Shown here: positions 1-9,774 of the stretch, one piece after another
Numbering within the stretch: position 1 is the stretch's first letter
Layout: each line of letters starts with the position of its first letter
Virus record (IMG/VR): IMGVR_UViG_2574180220_000004
From: a virus
Taxonomy: Duplodnaviria > Heunggongvirae > Uroviricota > Caudoviricetes
Direction: 5' to 3' (one strand)
DNA: 19,547 nucleotides
Notes under the pieces: model-generated
Seen by the model: the letters and a program-made list of their open reading frames with translations, nothing else
What the model was told of the DNA's origin: nothing
Database searches by the model: none
Made by a program: the position numbers and the translations under genes

Positions 1-1236
1 CTACGATAACCGCGCATTCAACATGGCTATCTGTTCGTCGTTCATGTCATCAATCCACATACCGTAAATTTCATACACCATCTGCGCAGTTTCATGCCCC
101 ATTTGGCTGGCTATAAATGCCGGGTTCGCTCCTGCCGTCAACAGCCAGCAGGCAAAAGTATGCCGCGTATGGTACGGATTACGACGGCGAATACCAGCAC
201 GTTTTACTGCTGCATTCCACCTTGCCCCCAAACTGCTTACCGAGTAATAAGGTTTTTGTTTTCCGTTACACACCCTGGGCATGAAAACAAAATGCAGTTT
301 TTGCTTTTCGGTTCTGCCGTACTCCCGATGATAAAAGGTGATTTCGCTTTTGCGATGATGCCCGGTCAGTTTGTATTGCTCCTTCAGTGTTTCAAGAGCA
401 GGCTGCAGTAGTGTTACTGTCCGGATCCCGGCATTTGTTTTTGGGGGACCGAACATATCAAGTATCGTCAGGTTTCTTCTGACATTCACTATTCCCTTTT
501 CGAGATCCACATCCTCCCACGCCAGAGCTGCCAGTTCCCCGTGACGAAGTCCTGAGTAAACGGCAAATTTCCACAAGTTCTGGCTCTGTCCTTTTTCACT
601 TTCCATTAATGCATTGAATTCTGTTTTAGATAACGGATCAGGCTTTATTCTGTTTCGCTGTAATTTTTTTACTCCTTCAAATGGTTTGGTTGATATAAAT
701 CCCGACTGATACGCAAAACGCAACAGCGAACAGAGCAGGGCGATATAGTTATCAACTGTGCGCACGGTTCTTCCTTTTTTGTTGGATCTTGGATTATCCA
801 GGTAAAGCGTTTCTCCATGCAGCAGTTCATTCCGGTAGTTTAAGATATCGCTATAACGAATATGTGATATCGGGGTACTTTCACAAATTATTATTCTGAG
901 TGTTTTTAATTGTGATTTTGTTTTCTTCATTGTGTTTGTTGTTAACTCTGTCTCTTTAATTTTTGTCCAGATATCACAAAGCTCTCCGAACGTTTTTATG
1001 ACTCTCGTTGTCACCATTTTTGCCCCAGTGCTGGACTGGGGAAAACGTCTTAAATACTCAAATTCACCGGAGTTTATTTCATGAACTATCAGCGCTCTTA
1101 AATTTCCGGCCTTTTTAATATTACTGTTTGTAATCTCCCAGCCTTTTAATGTTTCCCGACATCGTTTTCCTCGAAACATGAACCAGATGCGAATGTATCT
1201 ACCTCTAATCTCGACACCTGTTGGTAATTTAGACAT
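1..1236 (-). CDS. intR: Prophage integrase (tyrosine recombinase, lambda-Int family)
   Basis: 411-aa ORF; ATG at 1236..1234 and TAG at 3..1 read directly. The translation matches my recollection of Rac IntR, with a C-terminal HTRHTF...YEIYG catalytic-region pattern. First gene of an int-xis-recombination operon. Confidence 0.93.
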   Translation of the reverse strand: MSKLPTGVEIRGRYIRIWFMFRGKRCRETLKGWEITNSNIKKAGNLRALIVHEINSGEFEYLRRFPQSSTGAKMVTTRVIKTFGELCDIWTKIKETELTTNTMKKTKSQLKTLRIIICESTPISHIRYSDILNYRNELLHGETLYLDNPRSNKKGRTVRTVDNYIALLCSLLRFAYQSGFISTKPFEGVKKLQRNRIKPDPLSKTEFNALMESEKGQSQNLWKFAVYSGLRHGELAALAWEDVDLEKGIVNVRRNLTILDMFGPPKTNAGIRTVTLLQPALETLKEQYKLTGHHRKSEITFYHREYGRTEKQKLHFVFMPRVCNGKQKPYYSVSSLGARWNAAVKRAGIRRRNPYHTRHTFACWLLTAGANPAFIASQMGHETAQMVYEIYGMWIDDMNDEQIAMLNARLS

Positions 1237-1237
1237 A

Positions 1238-1453
1238 TCATGAGTCTTTGATAAACTGATTTATCTTTGGATAGTTGTACCAGATAATCCCTCGTTTGCT
1301 GTCTGGCTTACCTAAAGGAGATACTCGTTTGAAGTGGAAGCCCTCCACCCAACAGTTCTGGCGGTATGCTTCAATTTGTCTGGCCCCCAGACCAGTGCGA
1401 AGCATCAGGCCGTATTCAACCATCCACTCTTCATTAAAGATTACTTGTGCCAT
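1238..1453 (-). CDS. xisR: Excisionase-like protein (YdaQ/XisR-like), 71 aa
   Basis: Start taken at the internal ATG (1453..1451) preceded by GAGGTGA; the track ORF begins at an upstream TTG. Lies immediately upstream of int with near-abutting stop and start. Sequence [10 protein letters not shown]... recalled as Rac YdaQ. Confidence 0.8.
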   Translation of the reverse strand: MAQVIFNEEWMVEYGLMLRTGLGARQIEAYRQNCWVEGFHFKRVSPLGKPDSKRGIIWYNYPKINQFIKDS

Positions 1454-1531
1454 CGCATCACCTCTGGCAGGCGCCAATGTTAGACTGAAATTGACGCCCG
1501 ATGTTGATTATTAATAATCAGCTATGAAGTT

Positions 1532-1741
1532 TTAATTTGAATACAATGCAATTCTCGAGGACTGAAGTTTCTCGCAATTAAAATTTATCAGTTTTACTTT
1601 CTGCTCTCTGGAAACGCCTGCTTCTTTTTTACCTGAGAGCATTTTTTCGCATTCTGATTTCGTTAGTTTAGATTTTGAATATCTTGTCCAGTTAGTAGGA
1701 GTGCCACCTTCCTTTTCAATAGTGGCGGTAATTTTATACAT
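1532..1741 (-). CDS. ydaC: Small Rac-prophage protein, YdaC-like (69 aa)
   Basis: ORF 1532..1813 trimmed to the ATG at 1741..1739 (MYKITATIEKEGG...). Its 5' end overlaps the 3' end of ralR by 8 nt. Confidence 0.7.
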   Translation of the reverse strand: MYKITATIEKEGGTPTNWTRYSKSKLTKSECEKMLSGKKEAGVSREQKVKLINFNCEKLQSSRIALYSN

Positions 1742-1928
1742 GAACACCTCCATTATTATTTCCAGTGGTTCGTTTATTCCGTCTTTCGAGTGCTTCTTTT
1801 TCACTTCCACCATAACCGGTTCGGGATTCGCATCCGTTACACTTCGCTCGGTAATATCCTGAAATGGCTTTCACCGTTACTGATGGACAACCACAAAATG
1901 GACATGGTTTAACATTGTCATATCTCAT
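1734..1928 (-). CDS. ralR: RalR (Lar), small Cys-rich protein; type I toxin / restriction alleviation, 64 aa
   Basis: ORF 1734..1967 trimmed to ATG at 1928..1926 (MRYDNVKPCPFCGCPS...CNGCES...). Cys4-type motif; position upstream of recT as in Rac. Confidence 0.82.
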   Translation of the reverse strand: MRYDNVKPCPFCGCPSVTVKAISGYYRAKCNGCESRTGYGGSEKEALERRNKRTTGNNNGGVHV

Positions 1929-1984
1929 AATTTTTCTCATAAAAAATATTTCAAGTTGGCGGTGCATTACACCGCCAGGCTGAA

Positions 1985-2794
1985 TTATTCCTCTGAATTA
2001 TCGATTACACTGTATTCCCCGGTTAATACAGAGGAATCTGCAGGATCGATTGTCAGTGGTTCCTTTTCATCCATTGATACTGCACGCTGGATCTCAATTG
2101 ATACGGGCAGATATTTGAACAGGCGACGAATAGCCGTTTTCTTTGCCATTTCTTCCCAGTGAGTTACCCACGGCCCGTTATTACCAGCTTTACTCAGGCT
2201 GCGCACCAGCTCAATCTGTTTGCGCGTCATAACTTCAAACTGAGTACCTCCGTCTTTCAGTCTTGCGACAGCATAGACGTGGGTAACCGGGGCATCTTCG
2301 TTTTCTCCCGGGCGGTGTATTAACTTTTCATCAAGGCCAAATTCGAAGCTAAACTCGTCACCTTCACGGACAACACGGGCTGACAGGCTGGCGATTTGAC
2401 CAGAACGGCGAGCCAGATCAATCATGCCGCGATAGCCAATGATTAGCTGAACGTTCTTTTTACCGCTCTTTTCGTTTTTATTACCAAAAGGCAGTAAATA
2501 TGCATGACCGAGGGCGCTACCTGGCTCAAGTCCGAGCTGTGAACACTGTACGATCGCACTGACAAAACTCATAGTGTCACAGTTTCCTAACGCCGGAACT
2601 TTACGAATTTCTGTGGTGGCGATACGGATCATACGTTCAGCCGTCATATGGCGTGGAAGAGCTGCTGCCAGTTGCTCTTTCATTGATGGCTGGTTAATAA
2701 AACTAATCACGTCGCTATTTTTAACTGCTGCTGGTGCACGGTTTCCCTGAGTTTTTTGCAGATCGGCTTTTGCGATTGGTGGTTGCTTAGTCAT
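1985..2794 (-). CDS. recT: RecT single-strand annealing recombinase, 269 aa
   Basis: ORF trimmed to ATG 2794..2792 ([13 protein letters not shown]...), matching recalled RecT. Its start overlaps the recE stop (2787..2789). Confidence 0.93.
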   Translation of the reverse strand: MTKQPPIAKADLQKTQGNRAPAAVKNSDVISFINQPSMKEQLAAALPRHMTAERMIRIATTEIRKVPALGNCDTMSFVSAIVQCSQLGLEPGSALGHAYLLPFGNKNEKSGKKNVQLIIGYRGMIDLARRSGQIASLSARVVREGDEFSFEFGLDEKLIHRPGENEDAPVTHVYAVARLKDGGTQFEVMTRKQIELVRSLSKAGNNGPWVTHWEEMAKKTAIRRLFKYLPVSIEIQRAVSMDEKEPLTIDPADSSVLTGEYSVIDNSEE

Positions 2795-5387
2795 TTGCAT
2801 ATTCCTTAGCCCAGCGGGGCAGTGATAATGTCTTAATAGCTGGCCATTCATCGGTATTCAGGCAGTCAGACAGGGTTCGCAGATTGCGGTGATATTCCTG
2901 TTGACCTGTCAGTTTTGCTTCTTCGCCCATCATGAAAATTTCAACCGGATAACGTCCGCATTCAATAGTTGTGCTGGCAACCAGAAAAACGAAAGTTGGC
3001 TGCACTCCAAACTGTGCTTCATAACCGTCACTGTAGAATGCATCCTGAACGTGATAGCGGTAGTCGTAATAAGCGGTTTTGAATCGTTGAATATCCGCCG
3101 TAGTTTTCACGTCCATGATCCAGTGAAATTCAGGGATAATTTTGTCCGGACGGCACCGACACAAAATTCCTGTTTCAGGATCTTCCCAGTAAATTGATGA
3201 TTCAGCGTGTCCGGCGCTTTCAACAAGCCATTGCCCCAGCGGCAAAGCCATAACGCTTTGATACATGAGTTCAATTTTCCGGCCTTCTTCCGCAGTGATA
3301 ACCGTTTTTCCTGTGCTTGCGCATTCCATCAGAAACGCCTTCTCTTCTTCTTTTCCGGCGTTTGTACGGCGGTTAAATTCAGGTGCTACGATAAAGCGGT
3401 TACTGAATTCCTCCGGTTCAAGTACCCGGCAGTGGAAAGCGGTTCCTAAATCGAGCGTTTTTGTCTTTGTGGTGTCCACGGGGGCATTTTTACGCCACAA
3501 ATATAGTGCCGGAGTATCAGCAATGTCATCGAGCTGAGACTTACTGACACCGGGACCCGCATGGTAATTCTCATTCGAAATTCCGTAATAAATACCTGGC
3601 TCTATGTCTTCTACGATTACGGGATCTGCGACTTCGCCAGTTTCATCACTGCAATCGCGATGCGGATCGCTGCCAGCATTCTCATTGTGCGGATGTTCAG
3701 CGCCTTCCATTTCCTCCGGATCATTTTCCTTAGCTTCAACCTGACTCTCTTCATCGAATGTTTCCTGGTATGTTGCGTCGCCCATCACCGCACCACAGTC
3801 AGGGCAGTTACCCCCGCCAGTCTGGCCGCAGGCATTGCAGGCTATTTCCGGTTCCTGTTGCACTACTGGCTCAGGTTGATTCATATCCGGGCTGGTTTTT
3901 TCCGTTTCTGGCTGGTTCTGGTACACACAATCGCGAGTCTGGATCCCATTTACCCATTTCGGATCGTTCGGGTCGCTAATTCCGTCAACAAATTCACCAC
4001 GTGATGCAGCAAGCAATTTATCGGCATCGACAGGATTTTTTGATGGAATGTTTTTCCGGGCTTCATGGAGTTCTGCCCGCAGTTCCTGATATTTCGCATC
4101 AACAGAATTTACCTGTGACTGAGCATCCAGCGGCTGCGTGTCCTGATGATGTTCAGTTGCGTCCGGTTCCATTGTTTCAGCCTCTCCCTGTTCAACTGCC
4201 GTTGTTCCAGATGGTTGCGGTTTTTCTTCATCATCCTGTTTTCCTTCTTCTGTTACTCGCTGCGGCATCGGGGCAGAGGAGCGACCGCAGGCAATATCCA
4301 CGATTTCCGGATCAGGGTTGGCATGATCGGTTTCAGTCAGTACTTTGTTCAGATATTCAGTGACGTGCGCGGGGATGACCTCGATCCCAATTGGTGCTTC
4401 TTTTACGGACGCAACCACGATGGCGCGGGAATAATCCAGCCCGCCAGGCATGGTGATGAATTTGTCGCGGAAAACAGAAAAGGGCGGTTTATTTTCAGCG
4501 ATAATTTCCTCAATGCGTTTAGCGTGTGCCGGATGAAGGTTATAGATGTCCAGATCCATTGAACGGGCCAGTACGCCAGTGGCTACGTCGCGCGCCAGTG
4601 ACGTCAGATCGTGTACGAAACCTTCGCCGCGATCGGTGAGGTTTCCGCCGCCAGCATTAGCACCGGAAGCCGTGCGAGTGATGTGTGAAACACGATTACC
4701 CTTCATCCACTCTTTTGTCAGCAGTCCTCGATCGGTGTAGTCAGCGTTCAGGTATGCTTCGAAAAAAGCAGTTATCAGTCCCAGGTTTGAATTACCAGGA
4801 TTAGGGAAAACTTTGTCAGTGTCACGAACCAGTTTGTGGAGTTCGCGAATTTCCAGCGGGTCGAGCAGGCTGGTTTTGTGGGAAACAGCCAGGGCAGTAA
4901 CAGCCGGTAGTTCTTCAGCCCGAGCAATGTGTAATGCCTGGAGTCCGTCGCGTGAAACGTGCGTTACCGGTTTTTCGCTGCCGTGTTGAGCAAGCCAACG
5001 AATGGGCAGTTCCTGGCCAGAAATTGGGAGTAGCATATTCTCCTCAATCTCAGTCATGTCTTCGCCGTTGACGTTGGTATTGCCTTGATAGTGAGCGTTG
5101 TCTGGTGCTGCTCCCGGTTTTAGTTCCCATGTCATGGAGTCTTTGCTGAGTTGATAGCGTTCACTCCAGGTAAAATCGATCTCACCTTCAGCGGGCAGGT
5201 CATTAACGACAGGAAAATTCGTGGCAACAGCTTTAAAATAGCTGCTCAGTTTTTTACCTGACTTAACGATCAGGTAGTCCAGAGTGGCACAGGTCGATTC
5301 AAAATCGTTGCTTGCCCACAGGACGACGTCAGGTTCACCGGATGATTTTTTCGCTTTCCGTAACAGGAAGAGTGGTTTTGTGCTCAT
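2787..5387 (-). CDS. recE: RecE exonuclease VIII, 866 aa
   Basis: 866-aa ORF with ATG at 5387..5385; acidic low-complexity central region and C-terminal nuclease domain as recalled for RecE; coupled to recT. Confidence 0.93.
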   Translation of the reverse strand: MSTKPLFLLRKAKKSSGEPDVVLWASNDFESTCATLDYLIVKSGKKLSSYFKAVATNFPVVNDLPAEGEIDFTWSERYQLSKDSMTWELKPGAAPDNAHYQGNTNVNGEDMTEIEENMLLPISGQELPIRWLAQHGSEKPVTHVSRDGLQALHIARAEELPAVTALAVSHKTSLLDPLEIRELHKLVRDTDKVFPNPGNSNLGLITAFFEAYLNADYTDRGLLTKEWMKGNRVSHITRTASGANAGGGNLTDRGEGFVHDLTSLARDVATGVLARSMDLDIYNLHPAHAKRIEEIIAENKPPFSVFRDKFITMPGGLDYSRAIVVASVKEAPIGIEVIPAHVTEYLNKVLTETDHANPDPEIVDIACGRSSAPMPQRVTEEGKQDDEEKPQPSGTTAVEQGEAETMEPDATEHHQDTQPLDAQSQVNSVDAKYQELRAELHEARKNIPSKNPVDADKLLAASRGEFVDGISDPNDPKWVNGIQTRDCVYQNQPETEKTSPDMNQPEPVVQQEPEIACNACGQTGGGNCPDCGAVMGDATYQETFDEESQVEAKENDPEEMEGAEHPHNENAGSDPHRDCSDETGEVADPVIVEDIEPGIYYGISNENYHAGPGVSKSQLDDIADTPALYLWRKNAPVDTTKTKTLDLGTAFHCRVLEPEEFSNRFIVAPEFNRRTNAGKEEEKAFLMECASTGKTVITAEEGRKIELMYQSVMALPLGQWLVESAGHAESSIYWEDPETGILCRCRPDKIIPEFHWIMDVKTTADIQRFKTAYYDYRYHVQDAFYSDGYEAQFGVQPTFVFLVASTTIECGRYPVEIFMMGEEAKLTGQQEYHRNLRTLSDCLNTDEWPAIKTLSLPRWAKEYAND

Positions 5388-5488
5388 TGTTTTTTAACCT
5401 CAACTCAGATTAAAATTCGTTTTGTTCAGTGAATGATCTTGCCGGATACACACTGTTCATAGCCTGCGCCATACGCAGGCTATTTCTT

Positions 5489-5764
5489 TCAGATTTCACC
5501 TTTTAATTTCATTGCAATTAGAGTTGCCAGAAATTCGGCTTTATTTTCTGCGGGCAGATTCTTTCCGATATGCACCAGGCACATTTTTTTGACACCTTCA
5601 TCAAGTGTTTTTACGTTGCCTGATGGACCATCGATATCAACCACAGTGAATGGGGTTTCTTTATTTTCTGTTTTAATTACGTAGCCAATGCGCTTTCCTT
5701 CCAGATTCACCTCGTGAACAATGTCATCGGTAGTTACAACAGTGGCTTCATAATTGGTAATCAT
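5489..5764 (-). CDS. racC: RacC-like small protein, 91 aa
   Basis: ORF 5489..5812 trimmed to ATG at 5764..5762 (MITNYEATVVTTDD...). Confidence 0.8.
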   Translation of the reverse strand: MITNYEATVVTTDDIVHEVNLEGKRIGYVIKTENKETPFTVVDIDGPSGNVKTLDEGVKKMCLVHIGKNLPAENKAEFLATLIAMKLKGEI

Positions 5765-5838
5765 GTTTTTCTCCTTAATTAAGGTTGAGCGAATACCTGC
5801 CATTTCTGGCATAAATTCAGTTTCGAATAGTCAATTAA

Positions 5839-6009
5839 TTAAAGTTCATGTGCCATCTGGTCTTTTTCGGCACAAGCTTCACTGCAATATTTTCTCGGTT
5901 CGTCTTTTGATAAAATCCCGTGCATAAAGTGAAGCATTCTTTCAATAGCTTTGCTTTCTTCAACGTCTTTTTTGCAAAGGTGGTAAGCACATTTTATTTT
6001 CTTAGTCAT
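5839..6009 (-). CDS. ydaE: YdaE-like Cys/His-rich small protein, 56 aa
   Basis: Not in the ORF track (under 60 aa); translated by hand as [56 protein letters not shown]. Its ATG (6009..6007) overlaps the kilR stop by 1 nt (TGATG). Confidence 0.7.
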   Translation of the reverse strand: MTKKIKCAYHLCKKDVEESKAIERMLHFMHGILSKDEPRKYCSEACAEKDQMAHEL

Positions 6010-6230
6010 CACCATGACTCCGCCTTTACAGGTAAACCATCACGACCGAGGAAGACTTTAATCATGCGGTCAGTAATGCATGTTTTTGTGGTCAGGTTAC
6101 GAATATATAGTTTTCGCTTTTTAATATTGTTTGCCGAGGCAATATATGTCCGGCCTTCATGAAGAACATAGTCACCAGGAGTCACACACTGACGTGGTAT
6201 TTCATCAGTTCCGAAGTGATGTGCAATCAT
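6009..6230 (-). CDS. kilR: KilR-like killing/division-inhibitor protein, 73 aa
   Basis: ORF 6009..6242 trimmed to ATG 6230..6228 ([15 protein letters not shown]...) preceded by GGAG. Position in the early-left operon between racC/ydaE and the immunity side. Confidence 0.82.
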   Translation of the reverse strand: MIAHHFGTDEIPRQCVTPGDYVLHEGRTYIASANNIKKRKLYIRNLTTKTCITDRMIKVFLGRDGLPVKAESW

Positions 6231-6401
6231 AATTATCTCCATTTTTACAAATGAACTTTGTTGATGCGGTGCCTGGTGCCTCCAGGTGACTGCAACCAGT
6301 TAACAATTACAGTCGGCTTCCCCACCCAAACCAATAAGGACTAACATGACTTTTAACTGTGCCGCGTGCGCTTAGCTGCATTCATCGCATCACAAAATTC
6401 A

Positions 6402-6452
6402 CTTTAAAAAGGGCGGACATCAGTCGAACTTCAAGAAAAAACTGATGCCGCC
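6402..6452 (-). terminator. Candidate intrinsic terminator (minus strand): 11-bp stem with one bulged A, 18-nt loop, then CTTTTT
   Basis: Arms at 6412-6423 and 6442-6452. On the minus-strand transcript the hairpin is followed directly by a U-tract (plus-strand AAAAAG at 6405-6410). Confidence 0.4.
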
Positions 6453-6650
6453 AAGACTACACACAGCAGTGTTGTTATTCACAACCGGAGGCGCACTCCC
6501 ACCATTTAAATTTAACAGACAAGACCGACTCTTTATGGATATCGGAAATGCGCCTTCGTGTTGTGCCCGGTTTTATTTCACCACCTCCGGGCTTTGGTGG
6601 TTTCTGCTATACCCCTACAGCGAGAATATTGAATTAATCCAAATAATGGA

Positions 6651-6803
6651 TTAGCAAGTATTTCTGGCAAGCCAGCGACGTGCGCCTGTTTCTGTTTTAA
6701 ATGTTTTGCTTTTGGTATACGTCATAGCAGTGAACGTTCCATCTTGGTTGGGGAACACGCCGCACACCATGGATTCGTTATTGCCGAGGTCGATTTTTTG
6801 CAT
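6651..6803 (-). CDS. Small hypothetical protein (50 aa) at the head of the early-left transcription unit
   Basis: ATG at 6803..6801 preceded by GAGGTG, the internal Met of track ORF 6651..6929 (MQKIDLGNNESMVCGVFPNQDG...). Family not recognised with confidence; the upstream extension is probably not translated. Confidence 0.45.
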   Translation of the reverse strand: MQKIDLGNNESMVCGVFPNQDGTFTAMTYTKSKTFKTETGARRWLARNTC

Positions 6804-7021
6804 TTTTCGCACCTCACATCTTGTTGTTGCGGATACGGGAGCTGGAAAAATTCCGCCAGCAGGGTTTTTCACCTGAGCAGGTGATTCGACACAGCATCGC
6901 CAATGAATACCAGGGCTTGTTCGCGCCAAAAGGTGTTCGACCTGAGACGTTACTCCGACAGGTTAACACCGTCTCGTTACCGGATAGTGCGATCCCGCCA
7001 GGCTTCAGGGGGTAACTGACC

Positions 7022-7768
7022 ATGAAAAATATTGCGGCAGGCGGCATTCTTGAACGTATCCGCAGACTGGCCCCGCCACATGTAACCGCCCCATTCAAAA
7101 CGGTAGCGGAGTGGCGCGAGTGGCAACTTTCCGAAGGCCAGAAACGTTGTGAGGAGATCAACCGTCAGAATCGTCAGTTGCGGGTGGAAAAAATTCTGAA
7201 TCGCTCTGGCATCCAGCCATTGCACCGCAAATGCTCGTTTGCGAATTACCAGGTGCAGAACGACGGTCAGCGATACGCGTTGAACCAGGCGAAATCTATC
7301 GCTGATGAACTGATGACCGGGTGTACAAATTTTGCGTTCAGCGGAAAACCTGGTACCGGAAAAAACCATCTGGCGGCGGCTATCGGGAATCGCCTGCTGA
7401 AAGATGGCCAGACAGTGATTGTGGTTACCGTGGCTGATGTCATGAGTGCTCTACACGCCAGCTATGACGACGGGCAATCAGGCGAAAAATTTTTGCGGGA
7501 ACTGTGCCAAGTGGATCTGCTGGTTCTTGATGAAATTGGCATTCAGCGCGAGACAAAAAACGAGCAGGTGGTGCTGCACCAGATTGTTGATCGCCGGACA
7601 GCGTCGATGCGCAGCGTGGGGATGCTGACAAACCTGAACTATGAGGCGATGAAAACATTGCTCGGCGAGCGGATTATGGATCGCATGACCATGAACGGCG
7701 GACGCTGGGGGAATTTTAACTGGGAGAGCTGGCGTCCGAATGTCGTCCTGCCAGGAATTGCGAAGTGA
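7022..7768 (+). CDS. ydaV: DnaC-like replication protein (AAA+ helicase loader), 248 aa
   Basis: Walker [18 protein letters not shown] and Walker B LLVLDEIG read directly in the translation; matches recalled Rac YdaV. Confidence 0.9.
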   Translation: MKNIAAGGILERIRRLAPPHVTAPFKTVAEWREWQLSEGQKRCEEINRQNRQLRVEKILNRSGIQPLHRKCSFANYQVQNDGQRYALNQAKSIADELMTGCTNFAFSGKPGTGKNHLAAAIGNRLLKDGQTVIVVTVADVMSALHASYDDGQSGEKFLRELCQVDLLVLDEIGIQRETKNEQVVLHQIVDRRTASMRSVGMLTNLNYEAMKTLLGERIMDRMTMNGGRWGNFNWESWRPNVVLPGIAK

Positions 7769-7790
7769 TTTTTACCGGGAGGAAATTTTA

Positions 7791-8552
7791 ATGGAGACTG
7801 TTTTTGACGCACTGAAAGCAATGGGAAAAGCCACGTCGGTAGAACTGGCTGCGCGACTTGATATCAGTCGTGAAGAGGTACTGAACGAGCTGTGGGAACT
7901 GAAAAAGGCTGGTTTCGTTGATAAAAGCGTATACATCTGGCGTGTGGCTGATAACAACGTTCAGCAGGAACAGCCAGAGCAGGCAGAACTGCCGGAAGAA
8001 ACCACCACGGCAACAGTCGCAAAAATTTCGGAGTGCGATTTAACTGCGACGATTGAACAACGTGGCCCACAAACGGCGGATGAACTGGCTACGTTTTTCG
8101 GCATCACATCACGCAAAGTGGCTTCAACGCTGGCAATGGCAATCAGTAAAGGTCGTCTGATTCGCGTTAATCAGAACGGTAAATTTCGTTACTGCATGCC
8201 GGGCGATAATTTACCAGCAGAGCCGAAAGCTGCATCGGTAGCGGAAACTGATGGTAAAGCCTTTCCTCAGCCAGCCGGTGTTGCGTTACCAGCACAGGAA
8301 GCGGCAACACAGGAAGAAATTAAAACAGATACTATGGGGGACATTGTGCAGTCACTACCATCGTTCACTGAAACGCGAGCCAATGACCTGATTTTACCAT
8401 CGCTGCATATGGCAAACCGCGAACTGCGCCGGGCGAAAAGTCATGTCCAGAAGTGGGAGCGAGTCTGCGCCGCGCTGCGTGAGTTGAACAAGCACAGGGA
8501 TATTGTACGACAGATTACTGATTCTTCCCGCCATGTTGCATCGGAAAAGTGA
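7791..8552 (+). CDS. Hypothetical protein with two winged-helix-like DNA-binding segments (YdaW-like), 253 aa
   Basis: Start taken at ATG 7791 preceded by GGGAGG; track ORF begins upstream at 7740, overlapping ydaV. Two HTH-like stretches ([21 protein letters not shown] and [19 protein letters not shown]). N-terminus resembles the truncated Rac ydaW product as I recall it. Confidence 0.65.
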   Translation: METVFDALKAMGKATSVELAARLDISREEVLNELWELKKAGFVDKSVYIWRVADNNVQQEQPEQAELPEETTTATVAKISECDLTATIEQRGPQTADELATFFGITSRKVASTLAMAISKGRLIRVNQNGKFRYCMPGDNLPAEPKAASVAETDGKAFPQPAGVALPAQEAATQEEIKTDTMGDIVQSLPSFTETRANDLILPSLHMANRELRRAKSHVQKWERVCAALRELNKHRDIVRQITDSSRHVASEK

Positions 8553-8567
8553 TTGCCGGAGGCACCT

Positions 8568-8990
8568 ATGGCAAAAGCATTTACACCAGAAGAGCGGGAA
8601 AAAATTAAAGGGCAGGTTGTTGAACTTGTACGTCTGAGCGGTCGCGAGACGTTACGGCAACTGGAAGCCAAGACAGGTGCGACAAGATGTCTGATGAGTG
8701 TTCTCGCCAGTGAGCTGGTTGCCAGTGGCGATGTATACAACTCTGGTTACGGGTTATTCCCGTCTGAACAGGCGCGTAAAGACTGGCAAAACGCCCGCAA
8801 AAAACTATCGAGGGCAAAGGTGAAGAAACCTGCTGTAGTTGATCCGGACCTTATCTGGTCATTACCAGACGGAGAAATACGCCGCTATGACAGGCGTCTG
8901 AATATAATCTGTCGCGAGTGCCGGAAGAGCGAAGTCATGCAGCGTGTACTGGCGTTCTATCAGGGTAATTTTCAGGATGTGCTGTTGTGA
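8568..8990 (+). CDS. Hypothetical phage protein, 140 aa
   Basis: ATG at 8568 with GGAGG 6 nt upstream; track ORF begins at a TTG at 8553. No confidently recognised domain. Same operon as the preceding gene. Confidence 0.6.
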   Translation: MAKAFTPEEREKIKGQVVELVRLSGRETLRQLEAKTGATRCLMSVLASELVASGDVYNSGYGLFPSEQARKDWQNARKKLSRAKVKKPAVVDPDLIWSLPDGEIRRYDRRLNIICRECRKSEVMQRVLAFYQGNFQDVLL

Positions 8991-9150
8991 GCCAAATTAA
9001 CAATCAGGGAACTGCGTGAACTGAAAGAGAAATCATAATCCAAATCTGAATAATTAAATTTAGCACTGTAAATAAAATTTAATCCTTAACCGGAGGGGGG
9101 GCTGCACCCTCAAAATATTAGGAGGCGGCCCGAAAGGGCGGTAATGAAAA

Positions 9151-9654
9151 ATGACTGAATTAACCAAAAAGCAATTAATCGAAGAAGCTAAATTAAAAAT
9201 AGCGATTGAGAAATGCCACCCCAATTCAGGGATGGCACGGGTAGAGGGCGAATTATTCAAAATTGCTCTGGCATCGCTGGAAGCAGAGCCAGTTGGTGAT
9301 TTTTATGAATACAAACCGGATGACTGGTATCAGCGTTCGGCTGGAGATAAAGCGCCAAAATGGACGCCACCCTATGCCGTTTTTCCAGCGCCCGTAGTGC
9401 CGGAAGAAATGGATTTGCTTACATGCCATCTCGATGGTGTAACTGAAACATATGCTGAGGGATGGAACGCTTGCCGCGCTGCCCTGCTTCAGGGCAAAGG
9501 GGAGCCCGGGAAACAAGTTCGCGAATTGACAATGCTGGTTAAACAATTGGTTAGTCAACTGAAGAAAGCGAAACCGGGCTGCAAATTGCCGGATAAAGTG
9601 ATGGACTACCTGGAGCGAAGCGGACTTATAAGCGTGGAGGATGTTTTACGATGA
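9151..9654 (+). CDS. Hypothetical phage protein, 167 aa
   Basis: Clean ORF with ATG at 9151; a GCCC-GAAA-GGGC tetraloop hairpin sits in its 5' leader (~9127-9138). No recognised domain. Confidence 0.6.
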   Translation: MTELTKKQLIEEAKLKIAIEKCHPNSGMARVEGELFKIALASLEAEPVGDFYEYKPDDWYQRSAGDKAPKWTPPYAVFPAPVVPEEMDLLTCHLDGVTETYAEGWNACRAALLQGKGEPGKQVRELTMLVKQLVSQLKKAKPGCKLPDKVMDYLERSGLISVEDVLR

Positions 9655-9734
9655 CCTGGCCTGAAGCATTCACAACGGTAGGAATTGCGATGGCGGTGGC
9701 GCTGGTGGTGTATTCGATTTGCCGCTGGGGTTGA
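9651..9734 (+). CDS. Candidate 27-codon hydrophobic micro-protein (MTWPEAFTTVGIAMAVALVVYSICRWG)
   Basis: ATG overlaps the upstream stop in an ATGA arrangement (9651-9654); single predicted transmembrane-like segment; followed by a hairpin. Below the ORF-track size cut-off. Confidence 0.3.
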   Translation: MTWPEAFTTVGIAMAVALVVYSICRWG

Positions 9735-9747
9735 TAATACTAAATAA

Positions 9748-9766
9748 CCAGCCCTTATGGGGCTGG
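9748..9766. terminator. Hairpin between convergent genes (stem CCAGCCC/GGGCTGG, loop TTATG)
   Basis: Inverted repeat read directly; sits between the end of the plus-strand operon (9734) and the stop of the minus-strand KilA-N gene (9775). Flanking sequence is more U-rich for the minus-strand transcript. Confidence 0.45.
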
Positions 9767-9774
9767 CTAATCAT

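Noticed and set aside
94-411. Plus-strand ORF (105 aa) antisense to the integrase gene
   Set aside because: Lies entirely within the well-supported integrase CDS on the opposite strand; no family resemblance; typical shadow ORF.
2889-4740. Series of plus-strand ORFs (64-147 aa) antisense to recE
   Set aside because: All are embedded in the 866-aa recE CDS; low-complexity translations consistent with antisense reading of a real gene.
6445-6654. Plus-strand 69-aa ORF in the gap upstream of kilR
   Set aside because: No SD, implausible composition, and its start lies inside the arm of the minus-strand terminator hairpin; treated as non-coding.
6814-7369. Minus-strand ORFs (115 and 130 aa) overlapping the 5' end of the DnaC-like gene
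   Set aside because: Antisense to a strongly supported CDS with clear Walker motifs; no start signals.
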